The notes under the pieces were generated by a model. It searched no databases. It saw nothing but the letters and a program-made list of their open reading frames with translations, and had not been told where the DNA came from. A DNA stretch of 64,000 bases from positions 496,001 through 560,000 of the forward strand of contig CAXKVF010000078.1 in assembly GCA_964057225.1 (NCBI GenBank). The letters run 5' to 3'. The stretch comes from Auanema rhodensis (taxonomy: Eukaryota > Animalia > Nematoda). A program made the position numbers and the translations under genes. This document shows positions 1 to 12,142 of this stretch, in pieces. Within the stretch, counting starts at the first letter, position 1. Each line of letters opens with the position of its first letter.

Positions 1-176
1 GGTTACCATGAACCAATATCAATAAAAATTTGTTTTTAGACTAATATGGACATGGGGAATCTAATTTTAAAAACCGCATCTCTTTATCTTTCACGTGAAG
101 CGAGTTACATACCAAGTGCACATCACGTGTACATTTAATTAGCATAAATTAAAGTTCACGTAAATTTCAAAGTCAT
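1..176 (+). repeat. Representative 176-bp monomer (carries the G69A variant)
   Basis: First complete unit; the next GGTTACC starts at 177. The consensus has about 56/176 G+C and 5 CpG. It contains GGTNACC (BstEII), GTGCAC (ApaLI), two CACGTG (PmlI) and TGTACA (BsrGI) sites. Confidence 0.98.
90..164. other. Per-monomer cluster of dyad motifs: TTCACGTGAA (90-99), GTGCAC (116-121), ATCACGTG (122-129), TGTACA (128-133), TTTAATT-N6-AATTAAA (134-153), TTCACGTAAA (155-164)
   Basis: Read directly from the monomer. CACGTG is the canonical E-box/G-box; whether anything binds it here is not shown by the sequence. Confidence 0.85.
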
Positions 177-187
177 GGTTACCATGA
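173..187. other. 15-bp interrupted palindrome TCATGGT-T-ACCATGA spanning each monomer junction (13 bp in CAC/CTC monomers)
   Basis: TCATGGT is the reverse complement of ACCATGA. Present at nearly every junction. Confidence 0.95.
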
Positions 188-2463
188 AGCAATATCAATA
201 AAAATTTCCTTTAGACTAATATGGACATGGGGAATCTAATTTTGAAAACCGCATCTCTTTATCTTTCACGTGAAGCGAGTTACATACCAAGTGCACATCA
301 CGTGTACATTTAATTAGCATAAATTAAAGTTCACGTAAATTTCAAAGTCATGGTTACCATGAACCAATATCAATAAAAATTTGTTTTTAGACTAATATGG
401 ACATGGGAAATCTAATTTTGAAAACCGCATCTCTTTATCTTTCACGTGAAGCGAGTTACATACCAAGTGCACATCACGTGTACATTTAATTAGCATAAAT
501 TAAAGTTCACGTAAATTTCAAAGTCATGGTTACCATGAAGCAATATTAATAAAAATTTGTTTTTAGACTAATATGGACATGGGGAATCTAATTTTGAAAA
601 CCGCATCTCTTTATCTTTCACGTGAAGCGAGTTACATACCAAGTGCACATCACGTGTACATTTAATTAGCATAAATTAAAGTTCACGTAAATTTCAAAGT
701 CATGGTTACCATGCACCAATATCAATAAAAATTTGTTTTTAGACTAATATGGACATGGGGGATCTAATTTTGAAAACCGCATCTCTTTATCTTTCACGTG
801 AAGCGAGTTACATACCAAGTGCACATCACGTGTACATTTAATTAGCATAAATTAAAGTTCACGTAAATTTCAAAGTCATGGTTACCATGAAGCAATATTA
901 ATAAAAATTTGTTTTTAGACTAATATGGACATGGGGAATCTAATTTTGAAAACCGCATCTCTTTATCTTTCACGTGAAGCGAGTTACATACCAAGTGCAC
1001 ATCACGTGTACATTTAATTAGCATAAATTAAAGTTCACGTAAATTTCAAAGTCATGGTTACCATGAACCAATATCAATAAAAATTTGTTTTTAGACTAAT
1101 ATGGACATGGGAAATCTAATTTTGAAAACCGCATCTCTTTATCTTTCACGTGAAGCGAGTTACATACCAAGTGCACATCACGTGTACATTTAATTAGCAT
1201 AAATTAAAGTTCACGTAAATTTCAAAGTCATGGTTACCATGAAGCAATATCAATAAAAATTTGTTTTTAGACTAATATGGACATGGGGAATCTAATTTTG
1301 AAAACCGCATCTCTTTATCTTTCACGTGAAGCGAGTTACATACCAAGTGCACATCACGTGTACATTTAATTAGCATAAATTAAAGTTCACGTAAATTTCA
1401 AAGTCATGGTTACCATGAACCAATATCAATAAAAATTTGTTTTTAGACTAATATGGACATGGGGAATCTAATTTTGAAAACCGCATCTGTTTATCTTTCA
1501 CGTGAAGCGAGTTACATACCAAGTGCACATCACGTGTACATTTAATTAGCATAAATTAAAGTTCACGTAAATTTCAAAGTCATGGTTACCATGAACCAAT
1601 ATCAATAAAAATTTGTTTTTAGACTAATATGGACATGGGGAATCTAATTTTGAAAACCGCATCTCTTTATCTTTCACGTGAAGCGAGTTACATACCAAGT
1701 GCACATCACGTGTACATTTAATTAGCATAAATTAAAGTTCACGTAAATTTCAAAGTCATGGTTACCATGAAGCAATATTAATAAAAATTTGTTTTTAGAC
1801 TAATATGGACATGGGGAATCTAATTTTGAAAACCGCATCTCTTTATCTTTCACGTGAAGCGAGTTACATACCAAGTGCACATCACGTGTACATTTAATTA
1901 GCATAAATTAAAGTTCACGTAAATTTCAAAGTCATGGTTACCATGAACCAATATCAATAAAAATTTGTTTTTAGACTAATATGGACATGGGAAATCTAAT
2001 TTTGAAAACCGCATCTCTTTATCTTTCACGTGAAGCGAGTTACATACCAAGTGCACATCACGTGTACATTTAATTAGCATAAATTAAAGTTCACGTAAAT
2101 TTCAAAGTCATGGTTACCATGAAGCAATATTAATAAAAATTTGTTTTTAGACTAATATGGACATGGGGAATCTAATTTTGAAAACCGCATCTCTTTATCT
2201 TTCACGTGAAGCGAGTTACATACCAAGTGCACATCACGTGTACATTTAATTAGCATAAATTAAAGTTCACGTAAATTTCAAAGTCATGGTTACCATGCAC
2301 CAATATCAATAAAAATTTGTTTTTAGACTAATATGGACATGGGGGATCTAATTTTGAAAACCGCATCTCTTTATCTTTCACGTGAAGCGAGTTACATACC
2401 AAGTGCACATCACGTGTACATTTAATTAGCATAAATTAAAGTTCACGTAAATTTCAAAGTCAT

Positions 2464-4574
2464 GGTTACCATGAACCAATATCAATAAAAATTTGTTTTT
2501 AGACTAATATGGACATGGGGAATCTAATTTTGAAAACCGCATCTCTTTATCTTTCACGTGAAGCGAGTTACATACCAAGTGCACATCACGTGTACATTTA
2601 ATTAGCATAAATTAAAGTTCACGTAAATTTCAAAGTCATGGTTACCATGAACCAATATCAATAAAAATTTGTTTTTAGACTAATATGGACATGGGGAATC
2701 TAATTTTAAAAACCGCATCTCTTTATCTTTCACGTGAAGCGAGTTACATACCAAGTGCACATCACGTGTACATTTAATTAGCATAAATTAAAGTTCACGT
2801 AAATTTCAAAGTCATGGTTACCATGAAGCAATATCAATAAAAATTTCCTTTAGACTAATATGGACATGGGGAATCTAATTTTGAAAACCGCATCTCTTTA
2901 TCTTTCACGTGAAGCGAGTTACATACCAAGTGCACATCACGTGTACATTTAATTAGCATAAATTAAAGTTCACGTAAATTTCAAAGTCATGGTTACCATG
3001 AACCAATATCAATAAAAATTTGTTTTTAGACTAATATGGACATGGGAAATCTAATTTTGAAAACCGCATCTCTTTATCTTTCACGTGAAGCGAGTTACAT
3101 ACCAAGTGCACATCACGTGTACATTTAATTAGCATAAATTAAAGTTCACGTAAATTTCAAAGTCATGGTTACCATGAAGCAATATTAATAAAAATTTGTT
3201 TTTAGACTAATATGGACATGGGGAATCTAATTTTGAAAACCGCATCTCTTTATCTTTCACGTGAAGCGAGTTACATACCAAGTGCACATCACGTGTACAT
3301 TTAATTAGCATAAATTAAAGTTCACGTAAATTTCAAAGTCATGGTTACCATGCACCAATATCAATAAAAATTTGTTTTTAGACTAATATGGACATGGGGG
3401 ATCTAATTTTGAAAACCGCATCTCTTTATCTTTCACGTGAAGCGAGTTACATACCAAGTGCACATCACGTGTACATTTAATTAGCATAAATTAAAGTTCA
3501 CGTAAATTTCAAAGTCATGGTTACCATGAACCAATATCAATAAAAATTTGTTTTTAGACTAATATGGACATGGGGAATCTAATTTTGAAAACCGCATCTC
3601 TTTATCTTTCACGTGAAGCGAGTTACATACCAAGTGCACATCACGTGTACATTTAATTAGCATAAATTAAAGTTCACGTAAATTTCAAAGTCATGGTTAC
3701 CATGAACCAATATCAATAAAAATTTGTTTTTAGACTAATATGGACATGGGGAATCTAATTTTAAAAACCGCATCTCTTTATCTTTCACGTGAAGCGAGTT
3801 ACATACCAAGTGCACATCACGTGTACATTTAATTAGCATAAATTAAAGTTCACGTAAATTTCAAAGTCATGGTTACCATGAAGCAATATCAATAAAAATT
3901 TCCTTTAGACTAATATGGACATGGGGAATCTAATTTTGAAAACCGCATCTCTTTATCTTTCACGTGAAGCGAGTTACATACCAAGTGCACATCACGTGTA
4001 CATTTAATTAGCATAAATTAAAGTTCACGTAAATTTCAAAGTCATGGTTACCATGAACCAATATCAATAAAAATTTGTTTTTAGACTAATATGGACATGG
4101 GAAATCTAATTTTGAAAACCGCATCTCTTTATCTTTCACGTGAAGCGAGTTACATACCAAGTGCACATCACGTGTACATTTAATTAGCATAAATTAAAGT
4201 TCACGTAAATTTCAAAGTCATGGTTACCATGAAGCAATATTAATAAAAATTTGTTTTTAGACTAATATGGACATGGGGAATCTAATTTTGAAAACCGCAT
4301 CTCTTTATCTTTCACTTGAAGCGAGTTACATACCAAGTGCACATCACGTGTACATTTAATTAGCATAAATTAAAGTTCACGTAAATTTCAAAGTCATGGT
4401 TACCATGCACCAATATCAATAAAAATTTGTTTTTAGACTAATATGGACATGGGGGATCTAATTTTGAAAACCGCATCTATTTCATCTTTCACGTGAAGCG
4501 AGTTACATACCAAGTGCACATCACGTGTACATTTAATTAGCATAAATTAAAGTTCACGTAAATTTCAAAGTCAT
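2464..4574 (+). repeat. 6-monomer higher-order repeat (1055-bp period), two tandem copies, plus a 5/6 copy at 1-879
   Basis: Ordered haplotypes AAC / AAC+G69A / AAG+TTTCCTTTAG (175 bp) / AAC+G57A / AAG+C20T / CAC+A58G occur at 2464-3518 and 3519-4574. The last five units also occur at 1-879. Confidence 0.9.
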
Positions 4575-6686
4575 GGTTACCATGCACCAATATCAATAAA
4601 AATTTGTTTTTAGACTAATATGGACATGGGGAATCTAATTTTGAAAACCGCATCTCTTTATCTTTCACGTGAAGCGAGTTACATACCAAGTGCACATCAC
4701 GTGTACATTTAATTAGCATAAATTAAAGTTCACGTAAATTTCAAAGTCATGGTTACCATGCATCAATATCAATAAAAATTTGTTTTTAGACTAATATGGA
4801 CATGGGGAATCTAATTTTGAAAACCGCATCTCTTTATCTTTCACGTGAAGCGAGTTACATACCAAGTGCACATCACGTGTACATTTAATTAGCATAAATT
4901 AAAGTTCACGTAAATTTCAAAGTCATGGTTACCATGAACCAATATCAATAAAAATTTGTTTTTAGACTAATATGGACATGGGGAATCTAATTTTGAAAAC
5001 CGCATCTCTTTATCTTTCACGTGAAGCGAGTTACATACCAAGTGCACATCACGTGTACATTTAATTAGCATAAATTAAAGTTCACGTAAATTTCAAAGTC
5101 ATGGTTACCATGCACCAATATCAATAAAAATTTGTTTTTAGACTAATATGGACATGGGGAATCTAATTTTGAAAACCGCATCTCTTTATCTTTCACGTGA
5201 AGCGAGTTACATACCAAGTGCACATCACGTGTACATTTAATTAGCATAAATTAAAGTTCACGTAAATTTCAAAGTCATGGTTACCATGAACCAATATCAA
5301 TAAAAATTTGTTTTTAGACTAATATGGACATGGGGAATCTAATTTTGAAAACCGCATCTCTTTATCTTTCACGTGAAGCGAGTTACATACCAAGTGCACA
5401 TCACGTGTACATTTAATTAGCATAAATTAAAGTTCACGTAAATTTCAAAGTCATGGTTACCATGCACCAATATCAATAAAAATTTGTTTTTAGACTAATA
5501 TGGACATGGGGAATCTAATTTTGAAAACCGCATCTCTTTATCTTTCACGTGAAGCGAGTTACATACCAAGTGCACATCACGTGTACATTTAATTAGCATA
5601 AATTAAAGTTCACGTAAATTTCAAAGTCATGGTTACCATGCACCAATATCAATAAAAATTTGTTTTTAGACTAATATAGACATGGGGAATCTAATTTTGA
5701 AAACCGCATCTCTTCATCTTTCACGTGAAGCGAGTTACATACCAAGTGCACATCACGTGTACATTTAATTAGCATAAATTAAAGTTCACGTAAATTTCAA
5801 AGTCATGGTTACCATGCACCAATATCAATAAAAATTTGTTTTTAGACTAATATGGACATGGGGAATCTAATTTTGAAAACCGCATCTCTTTATCTTTCAC
5901 GTGAAGCGAGTTACATACCAAGTGCACATCACGTGTACATTTAATTAGCATAAATTAAAGTTCACGTAAATTTCAAAGTCATGGTTACCATGCACCAATA
6001 TCAATAAAAATTTGTTTTTAGACTAATATAGACATGGGGAATCTAATTTTGAAAACCGCATCTCTTCATCTTTCACGTGAAGCGAGTTACATACCAAGTG
6101 CACATCACGTGTACATTTAATTAGCATAAATTAAAGTTCACGTAAATTTCAAAGTCATGGTTACCATGCACCAATATCAATAAAAATTTGTTTTTAGACT
6201 AATATGGACATGGGGAATCTAATTTTGAAAACCGCATCTCTTTATCTTTCACGTGAAGCGAGTTACATACCAAGTGCACATCACGTGTACATTTAATTAG
6301 CATAAATTAAAGTTCACGTAAATTTCAAAGTCATGGTTACCATGCACCAATATCAATAAAAATTTGTTTTTAGACTAATATGGACATGGGGAATCTAATT
6401 TTGAAAACCGCATCTCTTTATCTTTCACGTGAAGCGAGTTACATACCAAGTGCACATCACGTGTACATTTAATTAGCATAAATTAAAGTTCACGTAAATT
6501 TCAAAGTCATGGTTACCATGCACCAATATCAATAAAAATTTGTTTTTAGACTAATATGGACATGGGGAATCTAATTTTGAAAACCGCATCTCTTCATCTT
6601 TCACGTGAAGCGAGTTACATACCAAGTGCACATCACGTGTACATTTAATTAGCATAAATTAAAGTTCACGTAAATTTCAAAGTCAT

Positions 6687-9502
6687 GGTTACCATGAACC
6701 AATATCAATAAAAATTTGTTTTTAGACTAATATGGACATGGGGAATCTAATTTTGAAAACCGCATCTCTTTATCTTTCACGTGAAGCGAGTTACATACCA
6801 AGTGCACATCACGTGTACATTTAATTAGCATAAATTAAAGTTCACGTAAATTTCAAAGTCATGGTTACCATGCACCAATATCAATAAAAATTTGTTTTTA
6901 GACTAATATGGACATGGGGAATCTAATTTTGAAAACCGCATCTCTTTATCTTTCACGTGAAGCGAGTTACATACCAAGTGCACATCACGTGTACATTTAA
7001 TTAGCATAAATTAAAGTTCACGTAAATTTCAAAGTCATGGTTACCATGCACCAATATCAATAAAAATTTGTTTTTAGACTAATATAGACATGGGGAATCT
7101 AATTTTGAAAACCGCATCTCTTCATCTTTCACGTGAAGCGAGTTACATACCAAGTGCACATCACGTGTACATTTAATTAGCATAAATTAAAGTTCACGTA
7201 AATTTCAAAGTCATGGTTACCATGAACCAATATCAATAAAAATTTGTTTTTAGACTAATATGGACATGGGGAATCTAATTTTGAAAACCGCATCTCTTTA
7301 TCTTTCACGTGAAGCGAGTTACATACCAAGTGCACATCACGTGTACATTTAATTAGCATAAATTAAAGTTCACGTAAATTTCAAAGTCATGGTTACCATG
7401 CACCAATATCAATAAAAATTTGTTTTTAGACTAATATGGACATGGGGAATCTAATTTTGAAAACCGCATCTCTTTATCTTTCACGTGAAGCGAGTTACAT
7501 ACCAAGTGCACATCACGTGTACATTTAATTAGCATAAATTAAAGTTCACGTAAATTTCAAAGTCATGGTTACCATGCACCAATATCAATAAAAATTTGTT
7601 TTTAGACTAATATGGACATGGGGAATCTAATTTTGAAAACCGCATCTCTTTATCTTTCACGTGAAGCGAGTTACATACCAAGTGCACATCACGTGTACAT
7701 TTAATTAGCATAAATTAAAGTTCACGTAAATTTCAAAGTCATGGTTACCATGCACCAATATCAATAAAAATTTGTTTTTAGACTAATATGGACATGGGTA
7801 ATCTAATTTTGAAAACCGCATCTCTTCATCTTTCACGTGAAGCGAGTTACATACCAAGTGCACATCACGTGTACATTTAATTAGCATAAATTAAAGTTCA
7901 CGTAAATTTCAAAGTCATGGTTACCATGAACCAATATCAATAAAAATTTGTTTTTAGACTAATATGGACATGGGGAATCTAATTTTGAAAACCGCATCTC
8001 TTTATCTTTCACGTGAAGCGAGTTACATACCAAGTGCACATCACGTGTACATTTAATTAGCATAAATTAAAGTTCACGTAAATTTCAAAGTCATGGTTAC
8101 CATGCACCAATATCAATAAAAATTTGTTTTTAGACTAATATGGACATGGGGAATCTAATTTTGAAAACCGCATCTCTTTATCTTTCACGTGAAGCGAGTT
8201 ACATACCAAGTGCACATCACGTGTACATTTAATTAGCATAAATTAAAGTTCACGTAAATTTCAAAGTCATGGTTACCATGCACCAATATCAATAAAAATT
8301 TGTTTTTAGACTAATATGGACATGGGGAATCTAATTTTGAAAACCGCATCTCTTTATCTTTCACGTGAAGCGAGTTACATACCAAGTGCACATCACGTGT
8401 ACATTTAATTAGCATAAATTAAAGTTCACGTAAATTTCAAAGTCATGGTTACCATGAACCAATATCAATAAAAATTTGTTTTTAGACTAATATGGACATG
8501 GGGAATCTAATTTTGAAAACCGCATCTCTTTATCTTTCACGTGAAGCGAGTTACATACCAAGTGCACATCACGTGTACATTTAATTAGCATAAATTAAAG
8601 TTCACGTAAATTTCAAAGTCATGGTTACCATGCACCAATATCAATAAAAATTTGTTTTTAGACTAATATGGACATGGGGAATCTAATTTTGAAAACCGCA
8701 TCTCTTTATCTTTCACGTGAAGCGAGTTACATACCAAGTGCACATCACGTGTACATTTAATTAGCATAAATTAAAGTTCACGTAAATTTCAAAGTCATGG
8801 TTACCATGCACCAATATCAATAAAAATTTGTTTTTAGACTAATATGGACATGGGGAATCTAATTTTGAAAACCGCATCTCTTTATCTTTCACGTGAAGCG
8901 AGTTACATACCAAGTGCACATCACGTGTACATTTAATTAGCATAAATTAAAGTTCACGTAAATTTCAAAGTCATGGTTACCATGAACCAATATCAATAAA
9001 AATTTGTTTTTAGACTAATATGGACATGGGGAATCTAATTTTGAAAACCGCATCTCTTTATCTTTCACGTGAAGCGAGTTACATACCAAGTGCACATCAC
9101 GTGTACATTTAATTAGCATAAATTAAAGTTCACGTAAATTTCAAAGTCATGGTTACCATGCACCAATATCAATAAAAATTTGTTTTTAGACTAATATGGA
9201 CATGGGGAATCTAATTTTGAAAACCGCATCTCTTTATCTTTCACGTGAAGCGAGTTACATACCAAGTGCACATCACGTGTACATTTAATTAGCATAAATT
9301 AAAGTTCACGTAAATTTCAAAGTCATGGTTACCATGCACCAATATCAATAAAAATTTGTTTTTAGACTAATATGGACATGGGTAATCTAATTTTGAAAAC
9401 CGCATCTCTTCATCTTTCACGTGAAGCGAGTTACATACCAAGTGCACATCACGTGTACATTTAATTAGCATAAATTAAAGTTCACGTAAATTTCAAAGTC
9501 AT
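6687..9502 (+). repeat. Loose 3-monomer periodicity (AAC-CAC-CAC at monomer positions 11-13)
   Basis: AAC monomers start at 6687, 7215, 7919, 8447, 8975 and 9503: spacing 528 bp except one 704-bp gap. Confidence 0.7.
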
Positions 9503-12142
9503 GGTTACCATGAACCAATATCAATAAAAATTTGTTTTTAGACTAATATGGACATGGGGAATCTAATTTTGAAAACCGCATCTCTTTATCTTTCACGTGA
9601 AGCGAGTTACATACCAAGTGCACATCACGTGTACATTTAATTAGCATAAATTAAAGTTCACGTAAAATTCAAAGTCATGGTTACCATGCACCAATATCAA
9701 TAAAAATTTGTTTTTAGACTAATATGGACATGGGGAATCTAATTTTGAAAACCGCATCTCTTTATCTTTCACGTGAAGCGAGTTACATACCAAGTGCACA
9801 TCACGTGTACATTTAATTAGCATAAATTAAAGTTCACGTAAATTTCAAAGTCATGGTTACCATGCACCAATATCAATAAAAATTTGTTTTTAGACTAATA
9901 TGGACATGGGGAATCTAATTTTGAAAACCGCATCTCGTTATCTTTCACGTGAAGCGAGTTACATACCAAGTGCACATCACGTGTACATTTAATTAGCATA
10001 AATTAAAGTTCACGTAAATTTCAAAGTCATGGTTACCATGCACCAATATCAATAAAAATTTGTTTTTAGACTAACATGGACATGGGGAATCTAATTTTGA
10101 AAACCGCATCTCTTTATCTTTCACGTGAAGCGAGTTACATACCAAGTGCACATCACGTGTACATTTAATTAGCATAAATTAAAGTTCACGTAAATTTCAA
10201 AGTCATGGTTACCATGCACCAATATCAATAAAAATTTGTTTTTAGACTAATATGGACATGGGGAATCTAATTTTGAAAACCGCATCTCTTTATCTTTCAC
10301 GTGAAGCGAGTTACATACCAAGTGCACATCACGTGTACATTTAATTAGCATAAATTAAAGTTCACGTAAATTTCAAAGTCATGGTTACCATGAACCAATA
10401 TCAATAAAAATTTGTTTTTAGACTAATATGGACATGGGGAATCTAATTTTGAAAACCGCATCTCTTTATCTTTCACGTGAAGCGAGTTACACACCAAGTG
10501 CACATCACGTGTACATTTAATTAGCATAAATTAAAGTTCACGTAAATTTCAAAGTCATGGTTACCATGAACCAATATCAATAAAAATTTGTTTTTAGACT
10601 AATATGGACATGGGGAATCTAATTTTGAAAACCGCATCTCTTTATCTTTCACGTGAAGCGAGTTACATACCAAGTGCCCATCACGTGTACATTTAATTAG
10701 CATAAATTAAAGTTCACGTAAATTTCAAAGTCATGGTTACCATGCACCAATATCAATAAAAATTTGTTTTTAGACTAATATGGACATGGGGAATCTAATT
10801 TTGAAAACCGCATCTCGTTATCTTTCACGTGAAGCGAGTTACATACCAAGTGCACATCACGTGTACATTTAATTAGCATAAATTAAAGTTCACGTAAATT
10901 TCAAAGTCATGGTTACCATGCACCAATATCAATAAAAATTTGTTTTTAGACTAACATGGACATGGGGAATCTAATTTTGAAAACCGCATCTCTTTATCTT
11001 TCACGTGAAGCGAGTTACATACCAAGTGCACATCACGTGTACATTTAATTAGCATAAATTAAAGTTCACGTAAATTTCAAAGTCATGGTTACCATGAACC
11101 AATATCAATAAAAATTTGTTTTTAGACTAATATGGACATGGGGAATCTAATTTTGAAAACCGCATCTCTTTATCTTTCACGTGAAGCGAGTTACATACCA
11201 AGTGCACATCACGTGTACATTTAATTAGCATAAATTAAAGTTCACGTAAAATTCAAAGTCATGGTTACCATGCACCAATATCAATAAAAATTTGTTTTTA
11301 GACTAATATGGACATGGGGAATCTAATTTTGAAAACCGCATCTCTTTATCTTTCACGTGAAGCGAGTTACATACCAAGTGCACATCACGTGTACATTTAA
11401 TTAGCATAAATTAAAGTTCACGTAAATTTCAAAGTCATGGTTACCATGCACCAATATCAATAAAAATTTGTTTTTAGACTAATATGGACATGGGGAATCT
11501 AATTTTGAAAACCGCATCTCGTTATCTTTCACGTGAAGCGAGTTACATACCAAGTGCACATCACGTGTACATTTAATTAGCATAAATTAAAGTTCACGTA
11601 AATTTCAAAGTCATGGTTACCATGCACCAATATCAATAAAAATTTGTTTTTAGACTAACATGGACATGGGGAATCTAATTTTGAAAACCGCATCTCTTTA
11701 TCTTTCACGTGAAGCGAGTTACATACCAAGTGCACATCACGTGTACATTTAATTAGCATAAATTAAAGTTCACGTAAATTTCAAAGTCATGGTTACCATG
11801 CACCAATATCAATAAAAATTTGTTTTTAGACTAATATGGACATGGGGAATCTAATTTTGAAAACCGCATCTCTTTATCTTTCACGTGAAGCGAGTTACAC
11901 ACCAAGTGCACATCACGTGTACATTTAATTAGCATAAATTAAAGTTCACGTAAATTTCAAAGTCATGGTTACCATGAACCAATATCAATAAAAATTTGTT
12001 TTTAGACTAATATGGACATGGGGAATCTAATTTTGAAAACCGCATCTCTTTATCTTTCACGTGAAGCGAGTTACATACCAAGTGCCCATCACGTGTACAT
12101 TTAATTAGCATAAATTAAAGTTCACGTAAATTTCAAAGTCAT
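9503..12142 (+). repeat. Duplicated 7-monomer/6-monomer block
   Basis: Markers T165A, T83G, T45C, T110C and A120C occur in the same order at 9503-10734 and 11087-12142. Confidence 0.85.

Noticed and set aside
11-13. AAC/CAC/AAG/CTC succession as an information-bearing code
   Set aside because: The order is adequately explained by local block duplications, and nothing in the sequence supports a readout mechanism.
1-176. Tandem RNA gene cluster (5S rRNA, tRNA, snRNA, spliced leader)
   Set aside because: I see no recognisable 5S, tRNA cloverleaf, A/B box or snRNA sequence in the monomer on either strand. An Rfam/Infernal scan would settle it.
1-176. Assignment to known ~171-178 bp satellites (primate alpha satellite, Arabidopsis CEN178, Brassica CentBr, honeybee AluI)
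   Set aside because: Only the length is similar. The consensus has no HindIII (AAGCTT) or AluI (AGCT) site, and I recognise no sequence similarity, so no family or organism is claimed.
1-176. CENP-B box
   Set aside because: The TTCG-N4-A-N2-CGGG core is absent on both strands of the consensus.
122-260. Budding-yeast point centromere (CDEI-CDEII-CDEIII)
   Set aside because: The CDEI-like 8-mer is present, but the following DNA is not a >90% AT CDEII, there is no convincing CDEIII (TGTTT.TG.TTTCCGAAA), and point centromeres are not tandemly arrayed.
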